A stretch of DNA of 64,000 bases. It comes from an uncultured Gammaproteobacteria bacterium (lineage in GTDB: Bacteria > Patescibacteriota > Patescibacteriia > Magasanikbacterales > UBA922). Made by a program: the position numbers and the translations under genes. Below are positions 16,312-26,050 of the stretch, one piece after another (the stretch's first letter is position 1; each line of letters starts with the position of its first letter). The stretch covers positions 842,892 through 906,891 of the forward strand of contig CAZQXB010000001.1 of assembly GCA_964597575.1 (NCBI GenBank), written 5' to 3'. The notes below the pieces were generated by a model. The model was not told the origin of the DNA, ran no database searches, and saw only the letters and a list, made by a program, of their open reading frames with translations.

Positions 16312-17931
16312 CACAACGGAACGAACAGCGTCAGCATACGCTGTTTTGTTTTTGGTTGAGCCATTTTTTACAGTTATAGTGGCCGCAACCTCTTCTTTTA
16401 GGTCAATCAAAAACTGATATTGCTTTTCGGCTGAGTTGACGACTAATTTATCCTTAAGTGCGGGGTTGTAGTACAAAAATTGGAATACCTCTCTTTTCTT
16501 CTCTAAAGAGAGATTTGGATACTTATTTCTAAGCTCACAAGCAAAATCAAAATAAGCCACACACTTATCATACCAATTCAGTCTTTCCTGCTTTAACTCT
16601 ACCCGTCTTTTCAGGAGTTGGTTTCTCTCATCCACAATCCCCTTTTTTCTTCTTAAGAATTCCTCATTATCTAAAAGTAATCCATCTGTGTTATCAGGAG
16701 AAATCTTAAGTGTGACCAGATTGTCCAACTTAATCTCGCATTCCTTAATTTTTCTCTCCTGCTGCTCATCAATCTTGGTAGACACACCAACCTCCTCCTC
16801 ATTTGCCTTATTAAGCTCTTCGATTGCTAAACGCATAAAATCCTCATCTATCGCGAGCCTGCCAACCTCAACTAACACCTGCTCCTCAACTTTTTCCTCA
16901 CGGATATACGATTTACCTACACATTTCATGCACCGATAATACCTATGCCCCTTGGCCATCATGCCTGAAATAGTACCCCCGCAATCGCCGCAACTCATGA
17001 AATTACTATATGGGTAAAACGTAATCGTAGAAACAGGATGACTATTATTTTTTAAAATCTTTTGATTCTGTACAAAAACTTCCCGAGAAATAATCGGATC
17101 ATGACGATTCTCCGCTGGAAGATCCTCTGGTTCAATAATTTCACCTTTCCAACGAATAGCGCCGTAATAAAAGGGATTCTTTAGAATTCGTTCAATAGTA
17201 GCACCGCTTACCATTTTCTTTGATCTTGTAGCGGTCAACCCTAAATCAAAAGAAGCTCTCCGTAAAGCATTCATACTGTATTGACCCGTTGCGTGTAGCT
17301 CACAAGTTTTTTTTAAAATTTCAGAAATAAAAGGATCTGGCTCAATACGTTTAAGGCGTCTCCCTAGTTTCTGCAAAGCCTCCTGTTTCTCAAAAGAGTA
17401 TTGTTTGCCAGAAATTTTCCCCTCCCTGTCTATATTAAGATACCCAATAGGTGCAAAATCAGGATATTCCCCTTTCCTTAATTTTGCCTGTATATCTCGC
17501 TTAACGAAATCACTAGTGTCATCTGAACTCTTTTTAGCCATGGCAAAATGTATCTGCATCATGAACTTGTCATCTGTAGTATTCGTATAGAGCTTCTCAG
17601 GCGTCCTAATCCCCTTTATAAGCCCCTGATCCATCATATAGATGATTTGCCCGCCATCGAGGCTATTACGTGCTAAGCGCGTCAAATGATAGGTCAGAAT
17701 ACAGTTTGCTTTCCCTGACCGGATAAGCTCTAGCAACCTACCAAATTCTTCACGGCCTTCTTTATACGCACTTTTAGACTCAGCCAAAAGCTCCAACACG
17801 GTAAGCTTGTCCCGTAAGGCAATATCGCCCATTTCTTTCTTTTGTGAATCAATCGAAAGAACTTGTCGATCTTCGGAATCGGAAGACTTTCTACAGTAGG
17901 TAACATACAAGAACTCTGATGTCTTATTCAT
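16273..17931 (-). CDS. Large serine recombinase (integrase).
   Basis: N-terminal resolvase-type catalytic region (YCRKSSDSEDRQVLSIDSQ), recombinase domain, Cys-x2-Cys zinc ribbon (CGDCGG ... YYRCMKC) and coiled coil. The last 13 codons overlap tRNA-Asp. Confidence 0.8.
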   Translation of the reverse strand: MNKTSEFLYVTYCRKSSDSEDRQVLSIDSQKKEMGDIALRDKLTVLELLAESKSAYKEGREEFGRLLELIRSGKANCILTYHLTRLARNSLDGGQIIYMMDQGLIKGIRTPEKLYTNTTDDKFMMQIHFAMAKKSSDDTSDFVKRDIQAKLRKGEYPDFAPIGYLNIDREGKISGKQYSFEKQEALQKLGRRLKRIEPDPFISEILKKTCELHATGQYSMNALRRASFDLGLTATRSKKMVSGATIERILKNPFYYGAIRWKGEIIEPEDLPAENRHDPIISREVFVQNQKILKNNSHPVSTITFYPYSNFMSCGDCGGTISGMMAKGHRYYRCMKCVGKSYIREEKVEEQVLVEVGRLAIDEDFMRLAIEELNKANEEEVGVSTKIDEQQERKIKECEIKLDNLVTLKISPDNTDGLLLDNEEFLRRKKGIVDERNQLLKRRVELKQERLNWYDKCVAYFDFACELRNKYPNLSLEKKREVFQFLYYNPALKDKLVVNSAEKQYQFLIDLKEEVAATITVKNGSTKNKTAYADAVRSVVRAGRGSNPQLLP

Positions 17932-17943
17932 ACAGACAACATC

Positions 17944-18087
17944 TTACCGTTGGTTGCCATAATAAGCAATTTTAACTATCTTAATAAGACGAGAGAATGC
18001 TTCAAAGGCCTCCTGGTGTTCCAGGTGCACACCATACTTCCTTTCGTACAGTGCCATAAATTTTTGGAGGCCTTCCTCAGAGATCAT
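17944..18087 (-). CDS. Small 47-aa ORF (MISEEGLQKFMALYERKYGVHLEHQEAFEAFSRLIKIVKIAYYGNQR) immediately upstream of the recombinase. Candidate regulator or recombination directionality factor.
   Basis: Manual translation. Below the ORF-track size cutoff. Same strand as the recombinase and 12 nt from its start. Confidence 0.25.
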   Translation of the reverse strand: MISEEGLQKFMALYERKYGVHLEHQEAFEAFSRLIKIVKIAYYGNQR

Positions 18088-18194
18088 AGTAAATTACGAA
18101 ACTCTTACTTAATCGTTCTTCTGTAGTTCTACTAAAATAATGGAATTCTTATACGACCTATAAAGTTCCAAATTACGTAACCTGTACACAACAT

Positions 18195-19571
18195 TTAATA
18201 TTTGACTTGTAACCCCATGTCATCTAATTCTTTTTGGAGAGATCCCTCTCCTTTCTTTGACTCCTTAGAAATGTTCATAACATTCATATGTTCAAAATCA
18301 AAACCATACTTTTTCGCTAATTTTTCTAAATTCTCGTTTAACCCATTATCTTCTAGAACAAAACCATTCATCTTTTTTACGACCTTTAGATGAAGTTTAT
18401 TTCTTACAATTTCACCAATTTTTCGAGGGCTTAACACTGTTTCATCAGAAGAAAATAAGTGATTATAGCCCTCAGCAACACGCTTCATTGTAATTCCACG
18501 CTCATCCAGACCAACTCGGATATTAATAATTGTTTCTAATACCTGACCCTCAAAACTCATTCCACGATCATTCATTAACTCTTTACCGTATCCTCGAATC
18601 ATCTCCATGAGTTCTAGTCTTAAATTCTGATCATTAATAATACTCAGTAATGGCGCTATTATCTGATTAAGTCGTGACTCAACAGAGTGATCATAAACCG
18701 AAAGATCGATTGCTTTTTTTCCATAATTCCTTAGTCGCCACATGAGGCACTTATTTCGTATAACCGTAGCTTCCTGGTCGAAACTATCATTTAGGTTAAT
18801 CGGAACATCTCTTCTGGTTAATTTCCCATCCATACGCTCTACTAAAAATCGGCTTTCTAGAGCTTTATCCTCAAACTTATTGCGTGTCGCAACGATCTTG
18901 GGGCAAAACACATCAAATGATGCGATATCATTGGGGTTCTTTCTATCCTTGCAACGTAATATTGCTAAACCGGTCTGAAAACCATTATTAAGAATTTTTA
19001 TAATATCTACATTGGTATCACTAAAACGTAAATCAGCCTCATCTAAAATGAGGGTTCCTTTATACAAATCTATAAGACGAAAAATTGGAGCTGAAGTAGT
19101 CGCCCCCATTGTAAACATAGGTTTATAGCATACAGAACCAACTACCTTTAAAAACCGACTTTTACCGCTACCATAGTCGCCAATAGCGCGAAGATAGGGT
19201 AATTCTTTAAAAGAGTCATATGTCCAAGTCAATAGAACATAATAAGGGGCTATTTTTTCAAAAAACGAACTAATTTCTAAATACTTATGTATAAAATTCG
19301 CAATCTCATCAATAAGGTCTTTATCATTACCATATTCTGAGGGCTCTGTAGGGAATAAAATGACCTTATTCCTCACAAGATCGGCATCTGGAGGAAACGG
19401 GAAGATAACCCCTCCATTTGTTTCTACAAAATCCTTAATAACAACATCTCCATTACAATAACCAACAAATTTTGTGACTTGAGTATTGGGATCATAAATC
19501 ATCTCAAATATACCTTCATCGGTCTTAACCAATGAGGATTTTTTAGTTTTTTCTTCTAAATTCATATTCAT
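18195..19571 (-). CDS. P-loop NTPase, putative phage/plasmid replication protein (primase-helicase / VirE-like).
   Basis: Walker A GDYGSGKS and Walker B LILDEADL. Located on the integrative element. Confidence 0.45.
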   Translation of the reverse strand: MNMNLEEKTKKSSLVKTDEGIFEMIYDPNTQVTKFVGYCNGDVVIKDFVETNGGVIFPFPPDADLVRNKVILFPTEPSEYGNDKDLIDEIANFIHKYLEISSFFEKIAPYYVLLTWTYDSFKELPYLRAIGDYGSGKSRFLKVVGSVCYKPMFTMGATTSAPIFRLIDLYKGTLILDEADLRFSDTNVDIIKILNNGFQTGLAILRCKDRKNPNDIASFDVFCPKIVATRNKFEDKALESRFLVERMDGKLTRRDVPINLNDSFDQEATVIRNKCLMWRLRNYGKKAIDLSVYDHSVESRLNQIIAPLLSIINDQNLRLELMEMIRGYGKELMNDRGMSFEGQVLETIINIRVGLDERGITMKRVAEGYNHLFSSDETVLSPRKIGEIVRNKLHLKVVKKMNGFVLEDNGLNENLEKLAKKYGFDFEHMNVMNISKESKKGEGSLQKELDDMGLQVKY

Positions 19572-19596
19572 TGCATTAAAAGTGTGTAAACCGAAA

Positions 19597-19848
19597 TTAG
19601 CGACGTTTAAAAATTGCCTGAGCAGTACGAATACCTTCTATCATGTCATGGGCATACACCTTTAACTTTTTTGAAAGTAGCTGGGTTAATATGCGTTTAC
19701 ATTTCCCTTGATCCTCAAAACGAAAAAAAACGGTTCCTCGCTCGGCCACTTCATATCCATCAACCACACAACCAGCACTTAGTAAAACGTAGATTTCAAA
19801 ACGATCTTTAGTTACATAAAATGGTACGTAATCTATTTTCATATACAT
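19597..19848 (-). CDS. Hypothetical small protein (83 aa).
   Basis: ORF on the element upstream of the NTPase gene. A perfect 22-nt palindrome (19908-19929) follows the upstream gene. Confidence 0.3.
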   Translation of the reverse strand: MYMKIDYVPFYVTKDRFEIYVLLSAGCVVDGYEVAERGTVFFRFEDQGKCKRILTQLLSKKLKVYAHDMIEGIRTAQAIFKRR

Positions 19849-19937
19849 TAAATTAAAAAAATAAACTGCTTATGATCGCAGTTTATCAAATGGTATTTAT
19901 TGTTATACCCTCGTCGAATGCAGCTGCATTCGACGTA

Positions 19938-20645
19938 TCACCTAAACTTAGCCTTGACTCTTCCTAAATTAGACTTTACGCTATTTGGCGTAACATTTTT
20001 ATAGCCCCATTCTTTCAAGATAGCAGCAATAACCTGATTTTTATACCTGTATTTTTTACTTTTATCTTTTAATAATTGAGGGAGAAAATTGATTGAACAT
20101 TCATTAAGTCTAACACACGCCATGACTAAATTTTTATCTTTGAAAGGGGAGATTCTTTTTAACGGGCTATACACTGCACACCGTTTTATTTCAGATTTTA
20201 TATTCTTCCAATTACTTTTAATATACTGCAAAACATCATCCCTAGATGCCATTTCAGGAATTATTAGTTTTACATATGACTGGCCGTTTTCAATCACTCC
20301 ATCTCTGGAAGGCAATTCAATCAAAAAACCAACACTTGATACTTTTTCTTTAATTTTATCAAAATAATCTCCGAGTATTATGTAATTTTTAAGCAAACTT
20401 AAAAAATTTGGAGTCTGTGGTATTTTGTATTTTTTTAGAATTTCTCTTTCTTTAAGTTGAAATTCAGATAAACTGATAGTAGTTTTCTCGAGTGAAGATA
20501 GATATCTTTTGTAATGATCTTGACTGGAAAATCCCCCTATCGGGATATTAAAAATTAAACGAAATAAGTGTATATCCTCCAAAAACTCCTTATTGAAAAT
20601 GAGAGAGTAGAACAGTTCTTTAGCCTTATTAGTCTCGTTTTTCAT
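19938..20645 (-). CDS. Hypothetical protein (235 aa).
   Basis: AT-rich ORF on the element. Confidence 0.35.
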   Translation of the reverse strand: MKNETNKAKELFYSLIFNKEFLEDIHLFRLIFNIPIGGFSSQDHYKRYLSSLEKTTISLSEFQLKEREILKKYKIPQTPNFLSLLKNYIILGDYFDKIKEKVSSVGFLIELPSRDGVIENGQSYVKLIIPEMASRDDVLQYIKSNWKNIKSEIKRCAVYSPLKRISPFKDKNLVMACVRLNECSINFLPQLLKDKSKKYRYKNQVIAAILKEWGYKNVTPNSVKSNLGRVKAKFR

Positions 20646-20926
20646 AACATATTCATATAATTTTATAAGCTAAATATACACCTTTTTCTTATTTTGATAT
20701 ATCGATAAGACTTGAAGAATAACTCTGGATAAGGTAATCTAAATTCAACAATTCAAGCCTAAACTCAATAGTCCCCCTATTGGGCATGGCACATAAACTA
20801 CACAAATATAGAGATGGCTATGCCGTCTTTGGTATTATTTGTGTAGTCAGTAGTCGAAAGGCTACTGGGCCCCTAACGGGGTCGCCAAAGCAACGGATAG
20901 CCTTTTTTGTTATCTATTTTAGAAAT

Positions 20927-21613
20927 ATGGCAAAATACGAATCTATTGAGGATCTAAAAATAAAGTGGTGGTACCGACTTTTTCAGGTAATACTTACTTG
21001 TTTCTATCTAGCATCTTTAGCGTATGGAATTGGCTTAGTAGTGATTGAAATGGTGCAACCAAATTATGTACTTGATAGACAAAATTCAACCGTTACCTGT
21101 AAATATGGGACAAAAAAATCTTATTCCTTTTTTGAAGGAAATGTTTACGAACCAGTCTTCCCTTCTGACATTCAAAGATTATGTAATGGGAATGGTAACC
21201 AAGAGATAGTAGACCGAGTAAAGGAAATGCGTGACGCAAAATTTGATGATAAGAAAATTTTATCTTTATTCTACGAAGCAAGTGAGCAAGACTGGAGGGA
21301 TTATGTAGACGAAGCAGGAAAAAGTAGTAGCCCCACAGAAATAGTAAATAGTTTTGTTTTAGATAGTCTTATTTTAAGTGAAATTGATGCACAAAAAGTC
21401 CTAAATGACCCCAGAGAAATATACGTATCCGTACATACAGTATTTAAGGCTGATAAAAGTCCTTGGGATTTAATGTGGGCAAAAATTGGATACTCTGTAT
21501 TAACTATTCTTGGTATAAGCACTGTATTTGAAATTATTAGAAGCGTTTTTAATTACATCATTGCAGGGAAATACTTTCCTCTCAAATTTATGAATATTTT
21601 TAATAAGAAATAA
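20927..21613 (+). CDS. Hypothetical membrane protein with two TM segments.
   Basis: Start moved to MAKYES. Hydrophobic helices (VILTCFYLASLAYGIGLVVI; YSVLTILGISTVF). Confidence 0.35.
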   Translation: MAKYESIEDLKIKWWYRLFQVILTCFYLASLAYGIGLVVIEMVQPNYVLDRQNSTVTCKYGTKKSYSFFEGNVYEPVFPSDIQRLCNGNGNQEIVDRVKEMRDAKFDDKKILSLFYEASEQDWRDYVDEAGKSSSPTEIVNSFVLDSLILSEIDAQKVLNDPREIYVSVHTVFKADKSPWDLMWAKIGYSVLTILGISTVFEIIRSVFNYIIAGKYFPLKFMNIFNKK

Positions 21614-21616
21614 TGT

Positions 21617-22846
21617 ATGAGAAAAATTATATTACTGGCGATTTTAGCGGTATCGTTTATTCCAATGGTAACACATGCAAGTTTTGACGCTAGCCTTAGA
21701 TACGGAGCAAAAGGTAAAGCCGTAACTGAGCTTCAGGAATTTCTTGCTCAACAAAAACTATATTCAGGACCTATTACAGGAAATTTTTATAGCATGACCC
21801 TTAAGGCGGTTACAGCTTTCCAAAAGCAAGAAAAGCTTCCCTCAACTGGTTATGTGGGCCCACTTACACGTGAAAAGATGAAACTCTACACTAAAGAAAA
21901 AATGAATATACAAGAATCCGAGAAACCGATACCACCCGCAGATATTCCTTACATAAGCTTTCCTACCAACGCACAAATAATCACAAAAACCGATGATCAA
22001 ACAAAAATTCTGCAGGATCAATTAACTAAACAACAAGCACAGAACGATTTATTAAAGAGACAGATTGAATACCAGAAGCATACACAAAGAAAGATAGAAG
22101 AAAGCTTAAATAAGATAGAACAAAATACCAGATCAATACCCACCCTAAACGCACCTCCTGTTCAACCGCCTCCATCTGTTACTCTAAAAGCTTTCGCACC
22201 AAATAAAAACGGAAAGGTACTGACAATAAAATCAACTGAAAAAATAACAATTGATATTAATATTGGTAATCCTAACGCAAATAACCTAAACCCAGGGTAT
22301 ACCTGCATCAAATTCGGTGATTGGCAAGGTCAAATTGTTCCGGTTGATCACAATGAGTCTAGTGCGCAGGATAGCAACTTAGACTTTTCAAAGTTGATTA
22401 CTGGAGGAAATAAAACATTTGGAGTAACCTGTTCTAATTCAGCAGGTAGCAAAACTGATTCAGTAACAATAGATATTGAACCATTGCCCGTAGTAGCTAA
22501 AAAAGTTCCGACGGACTTAAAGGTTGTCAAAAGTTCTGATTTTGCATATTCCCTAGAGAATCTGGGTGTATTTACAGAGATCCTCCAGTATTCTGTGGAT
22601 TACGAAGTATATCTTGTTGATAAGGATGGCAATAATTATCCAGAATTTGCAAACACAATAATTAGTGTGAATGCACCTGATCGCGATAGAATGACCGCCT
22701 ATCAGCTTACCACTTTGAAACCACCACTTTCGGCTAGCGGTATGGATGGGGTGACATTTCACTACACACCAAGAACAAAAGGGCTACAAACCATAACATT
22801 CTTTACGGATAGTTTCACCAAATCAATAGTCTTGGAAGTGAGGTAA
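21617..22846 (+). CDS. Secreted protein with an N-terminal peptidoglycan-binding-like domain and a coiled-coil/Gln-rich region.
   Basis: Signal peptide. PG_binding_1-like segment (GAKGKAVTELQEFLAQQKLYSGPITGNFYSMTLKAVTAFQKQEKLPSTGYVGPLT). Confidence 0.5.
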   Translation: MRKIILLAILAVSFIPMVTHASFDASLRYGAKGKAVTELQEFLAQQKLYSGPITGNFYSMTLKAVTAFQKQEKLPSTGYVGPLTREKMKLYTKEKMNIQESEKPIPPADIPYISFPTNAQIITKTDDQTKILQDQLTKQQAQNDLLKRQIEYQKHTQRKIEESLNKIEQNTRSIPTLNAPPVQPPPSVTLKAFAPNKNGKVLTIKSTEKITIDINIGNPNANNLNPGYTCIKFGDWQGQIVPVDHNESSAQDSNLDFSKLITGGNKTFGVTCSNSAGSKTDSVTIDIEPLPVVAKKVPTDLKVVKSSDFAYSLENLGVFTEILQYSVDYEVYLVDKDGNNYPEFANTIISVNAPDRDRMTAYQLTTLKPPLSASGMDGVTFHYTPRTKGLQTITFFTDSFTKSIVLEVR

Positions 22847-22995
22847 TACACCCTTCTTTTAGAATGGTGAGTAAACAGGTAAATGTAGGAAGTAAAAATT
22901 TCAAAAAATAGGAATTACGAACGGAAAATTTCCCTAAACGATTCAAATATATTGCTAATTTAAGCCATTTTTTGATATTTAAATATCTTTTCTAC

Positions 22996-23024
22996 TTGAC
23001 CAAAACAAGTGAATAACGTAATAT
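22996..23024 (+). promoter_or_regulatory. Promoter: TTGACC, 17-nt spacer, TAATAT, upstream of the hicB/hicA pair.
   Basis: Read directly. Confidence 0.45.
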
Positions 23025-23082
23025 ATACCATTACAAAGATCGGATAAGATGGTATTATATCTGTATAAATAAACTTAAGCCT

Positions 23083-23391
23083 ATGCTTAACAAATTGTTT
23101 CGTACAATTTTTCCAGCAATGAGTCCCGCGGATATCGTTAAGCAGTACCATATCCCGTCAAAAATCAAATTTAATTTTCAAACAAAAGACGGATGGACTG
23201 TTGCTACTTCTGAGGACTTGCCAGGTTTCGTTACTGAGGCGCGTAATGATCGAGAGTTGTTAGAAATGATTAACGACGGTATTTTAACGTACTTTGATGT
23301 TCCCCGTCGTGCTGGTGACACCCTCCACGGAAAGCTAGTTACTGAGGGGCACGGAATCATATCCTTGAATGAACAGCCTCAAACAGTTTAA
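23083..23391 (+). CDS. hicB: HicB-like antitoxin (N-terminal HicB fold).
   Basis: KIKFNFQTKDGWTVATSEDLPGFVTEARNDRELLEMINDGILTYFD matches the HicB N-domain pattern. It is followed 5 nt later by hicA. Confidence 0.55.
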   Translation: MLNKLFRTIFPAMSPADIVKQYHIPSKIKFNFQTKDGWTVATSEDLPGFVTEARNDRELLEMINDGILTYFDVPRRAGDTLHGKLVTEGHGIISLNEQPQTV

Positions 23392-23396
23392 CTGCT

Positions 23397-23636
23397 ATGG
23401 GCGAATTTACATTTAACCGTCGGGAGTGTATACGAGCATTAGTGAAGTTGGGTTTTTACCTCGATAATAAGCGCTCAGGTAAACACGATAAGTATAAAGC
23501 ACCGTTTAGTAATGCCAACCCGCCATTTATCATGGTTCCTAGACACAATGAGATTCATTGTCAGGATGCAATCATAAAGGAACTGGAAAAAATGGGCGGG
23601 AAAGAATTAGTCGAAAAATTTAAGCACTATTTATAA
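23397..23636 (+). CDS. hicA: HicA toxin (YcfA-like, mRNA interferase).
   Basis: RRECIRALVKLGF ... SGKHDKYK ... IMVPRHNEIHCQDAIIKELEKMG aligns with E. coli HicA (RRWLESQGV ... GSNHLKL ... VMPRHPCDEIKEPLRKAILKQLGL). Confidence 0.75.
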   Translation: MGEFTFNRRECIRALVKLGFYLDNKRSGKHDKYKAPFSNANPPFIMVPRHNEIHCQDAIIKELEKMGGKELVEKFKHYL

Positions 23637-23643
23637 AAAGCCT

Positions 23644-24360
23644 CTAGGAAGGCTTTTTATAAATACTAATCTCACGCTGGCGCATATCTAAAAAGTCGAG
23701 GACTTCTTTGATTTCAGTCTCATTTAAGACTCTCAATCCTCGTTTTATTAACCAAGGAGCAAAACTCCGCCCACCAATCCAGACCCCCTGAACAGGTCGT
23801 TTAATAACCACTCTTGCATGAGGAAATAGAAGAAGGCTGGTGACAGGATAATCCCTGCCAGTCTTTTCTTTTAGTAAGTTCTCTACATAATGGGCCTCAG
23901 CTTTGGCTTGGCCTATAAAATCTCTTTCTGTTTCTTGACCGTTAATTAAAATTCTATTTTCTAGATTTGTAACCACACCCCTCATGGCCTTTACTTCGAT
24001 CGTAAAAATACCAGTTTCTCCGACACAAATATAATCAATGTTCCCACGTCCTGTGTCATAATCAGGCAGTAGCTTATAGGAAGGAGTCAGAGTTTCTAAC
24101 ACACTACCCATCACCCACTCTGCTCCAGTCCCTCTACCCCAAGTGAAATAATTAAGCCTTCTCAGATCACTCAAGATATCTGCAAAAACACCAAATAAAA
24201 AGACGACAAGAAAAATAAATGGAATTGAATATTTACCTGAAAAATTTGCCCCAATGTAAAGAAGGAAAAGCGTATATAAAACTCCACATAAAATTACCAA
24301 CTGAATACGGTTCTTATTCCTTTTATACGTCGTGTACGTATACGAATCCCTGTTATCCAT
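23644..24360 (-). CDS. NERD (nuclease-related domain) protein with two N-terminal TM helices.
   Basis: NIDYICVGETGIFTIEVKAMRG matches the NERD core (IDhvlI..GIFVIExK). Confidence 0.55.
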   Translation of the reverse strand: MDNRDSYTYTTYKRNKNRIQLVILCGVLYTLFLLYIGANFSGKYSIPFIFLVVFLFGVFADILSDLRRLNYFTWGRGTGAEWVMGSVLETLTPSYKLLPDYDTGRGNIDYICVGETGIFTIEVKAMRGVVTNLENRILINGQETERDFIGQAKAEAHYVENLLKEKTGRDYPVTSLLLFPHARVVIKRPVQGVWIGGRSFAPWLIKRGLRVLNETEIKEVLDFLDMRQREISIYKKPS

Positions 24361-24427
24361 ATAAAGGGGCTTGATTTTGATAATAACAGCGATATGATAC
24401 CATTTTAGGCCTTATGGATACATATAT

Positions 24428-25558
24428 ATGCCATCTACAGAACTATATGTTTTCAAATACACCAGAAAACCAGAATACTACAGTGATCTCTATGACAAAG
24501 GGACTATTGCGGAGTGTAAGTATTACCTGGATGCGTTTACCATAGACCCTAAAAAACTCTCAGAACCCCTTAAGGAAGAAAATGGGGAAGAAATGACTCC
24601 TGAGAAAAGGCAGGCACTCTATAAGTCGTTTGCAGACTTGAGCCTGTACTTCACTCGGGGTGAGCGTTATATGGCCAAGGACAAAACGATTAAAGAGTGG
24701 ATGGATAGAGATCGCAAACTAGATGAGAGATTAGCAAGAGTAACCATTAAAACAAGGTATTGTGATCGATGCGGCCAAACCATGGATTGTATAGATAAAA
24801 GCTATCAGGGGGCAAATAACGAGCGAATTATCGTAATGTACATGTGCCCCGACTGTAAAAGAGCACGGGCCTTTTATGATAATGGTGAGGAATATGATCC
24901 AGAGAGTAAGTGTAAAAAATGTTATAGTACAAATACTAGTAAATCCATACGAAACGGGAGGACTATCACTATTACAGACACCTGTGATAATTGTGGAAAC
25001 GTAGAAGTAGATGACATAACACTTAGCGAAGAAAAACAACCGGATAAGGCACAGGAAGAAAAGGAACGCCGTCAGTTTATCGCTGATCGTGAGAAGTATT
25101 GTATTGATGACCAAAAAGGAGGTGAATATATAAGCTTCAAAGAAGGTTTAAAAACAATGGAAGAAATAGCCAATAAGCACAAAGAAAAAGAGAATAATAA
25201 GGCTCTCTACGACGAAGTGGCCAAAGTACAAAAACTCAATGTTGCACAACTGAAACAACTACTCTCCCCTGCCCTAGAGAAAGAAAAGTACACTGCCCTT
25301 GAATTTAGTAACCCTGAAATGAAACGAGGGGTTATTGTTAGTTTTACTGTTCAAGAAAATGATACTGACCGCAAAGAATATGACAGTAAACATGGCTTAC
25401 GTAAATTGATTGACGCCACCCTCCTCAATACCAACTGGCGTTTGATGTCAGATGGTATTTATACTAGACTTGGAGTACTTTCTGGTAGACTTAAAGGGGT
25501 GGAATCTGAAGAGGAAATTGCTAATTTGATTAAAAAGGATAGACTAAAAAATCTATGA
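24428..25558 (+). CDS. Hypothetical protein with four CxxC zinc-ribbon motifs and Lys/Glu-rich coiled-coil regions.
   Basis: CDRCGQ ... CPDCKR ... CKKCYS ... CDNCGN. Confidence 0.4.
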   Translation: MPSTELYVFKYTRKPEYYSDLYDKGTIAECKYYLDAFTIDPKKLSEPLKEENGEEMTPEKRQALYKSFADLSLYFTRGERYMAKDKTIKEWMDRDRKLDERLARVTIKTRYCDRCGQTMDCIDKSYQGANNERIIVMYMCPDCKRARAFYDNGEEYDPESKCKKCYSTNTSKSIRNGRTITITDTCDNCGNVEVDDITLSEEKQPDKAQEEKERRQFIADREKYCIDDQKGGEYISFKEGLKTMEEIANKHKEKENNKALYDEVAKVQKLNVAQLKQLLSPALEKEKYTALEFSNPEMKRGVIVSFTVQENDTDRKEYDSKHGLRKLIDATLLNTNWRLMSDGIYTRLGVLSGRLKGVESEEEIANLIKKDRLKNL

Positions 25559-26034
25559 ACCATACTCAGCTACAGGATGAATCAGAAATAGCGTGTGTCT
25601 CTAGGTTTATCGAGACATACAATGTTACACATGGTACAAATTTTACACTCATCCAAAAAAATCCCATTCAAAACGAGGTGGACATTTTTTGCATAGATGA
25701 ATCTAATGGTACAAAAATTCAGGTACAAGTTAAAAAATCAGATCCTACGATGGCAGGTGATGTGGGTAAACTTCGGGGAGTTCCTTCTGCAAAGAAAAAT
25801 CAAATTCACAGACATAGTACGGGAATTTTAGAAAATGTTATAAACAATATAAACAATGTTGAAAACAAATATAAAGAACAAAACAAAAATATGTCGAAAA
25901 TAATATTATTACTTGATGATCTCGGAGATCCTCCTGATTTTATACTACACCAGACTAAAGAAAAAATTCCAAAAAATTCGTTTAAGGAGATATGGATGAC
26001 AAGAAGGCGACAAAGTCCCTATAGGCTATACTAA
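25555..26034 (+). CDS. Hypothetical protein (159 aa), translationally coupled to the zinc-ribbon protein by a 4-nt overlap.
   Basis: ORF and overlap read directly. Confidence 0.35.
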   Translation: MNHTQLQDESEIACVSRFIETYNVTHGTNFTLIQKNPIQNEVDIFCIDESNGTKIQVQVKKSDPTMAGDVGKLRGVPSAKKNQIHRHSTGILENVINNINNVENKYKEQNKNMSKIILLLDDLGDPPDFILHQTKEKIPKNSFKEIWMTRRRQSPYRLY

Positions 26035-26050
26035 AGGTAAAATATTAGTA

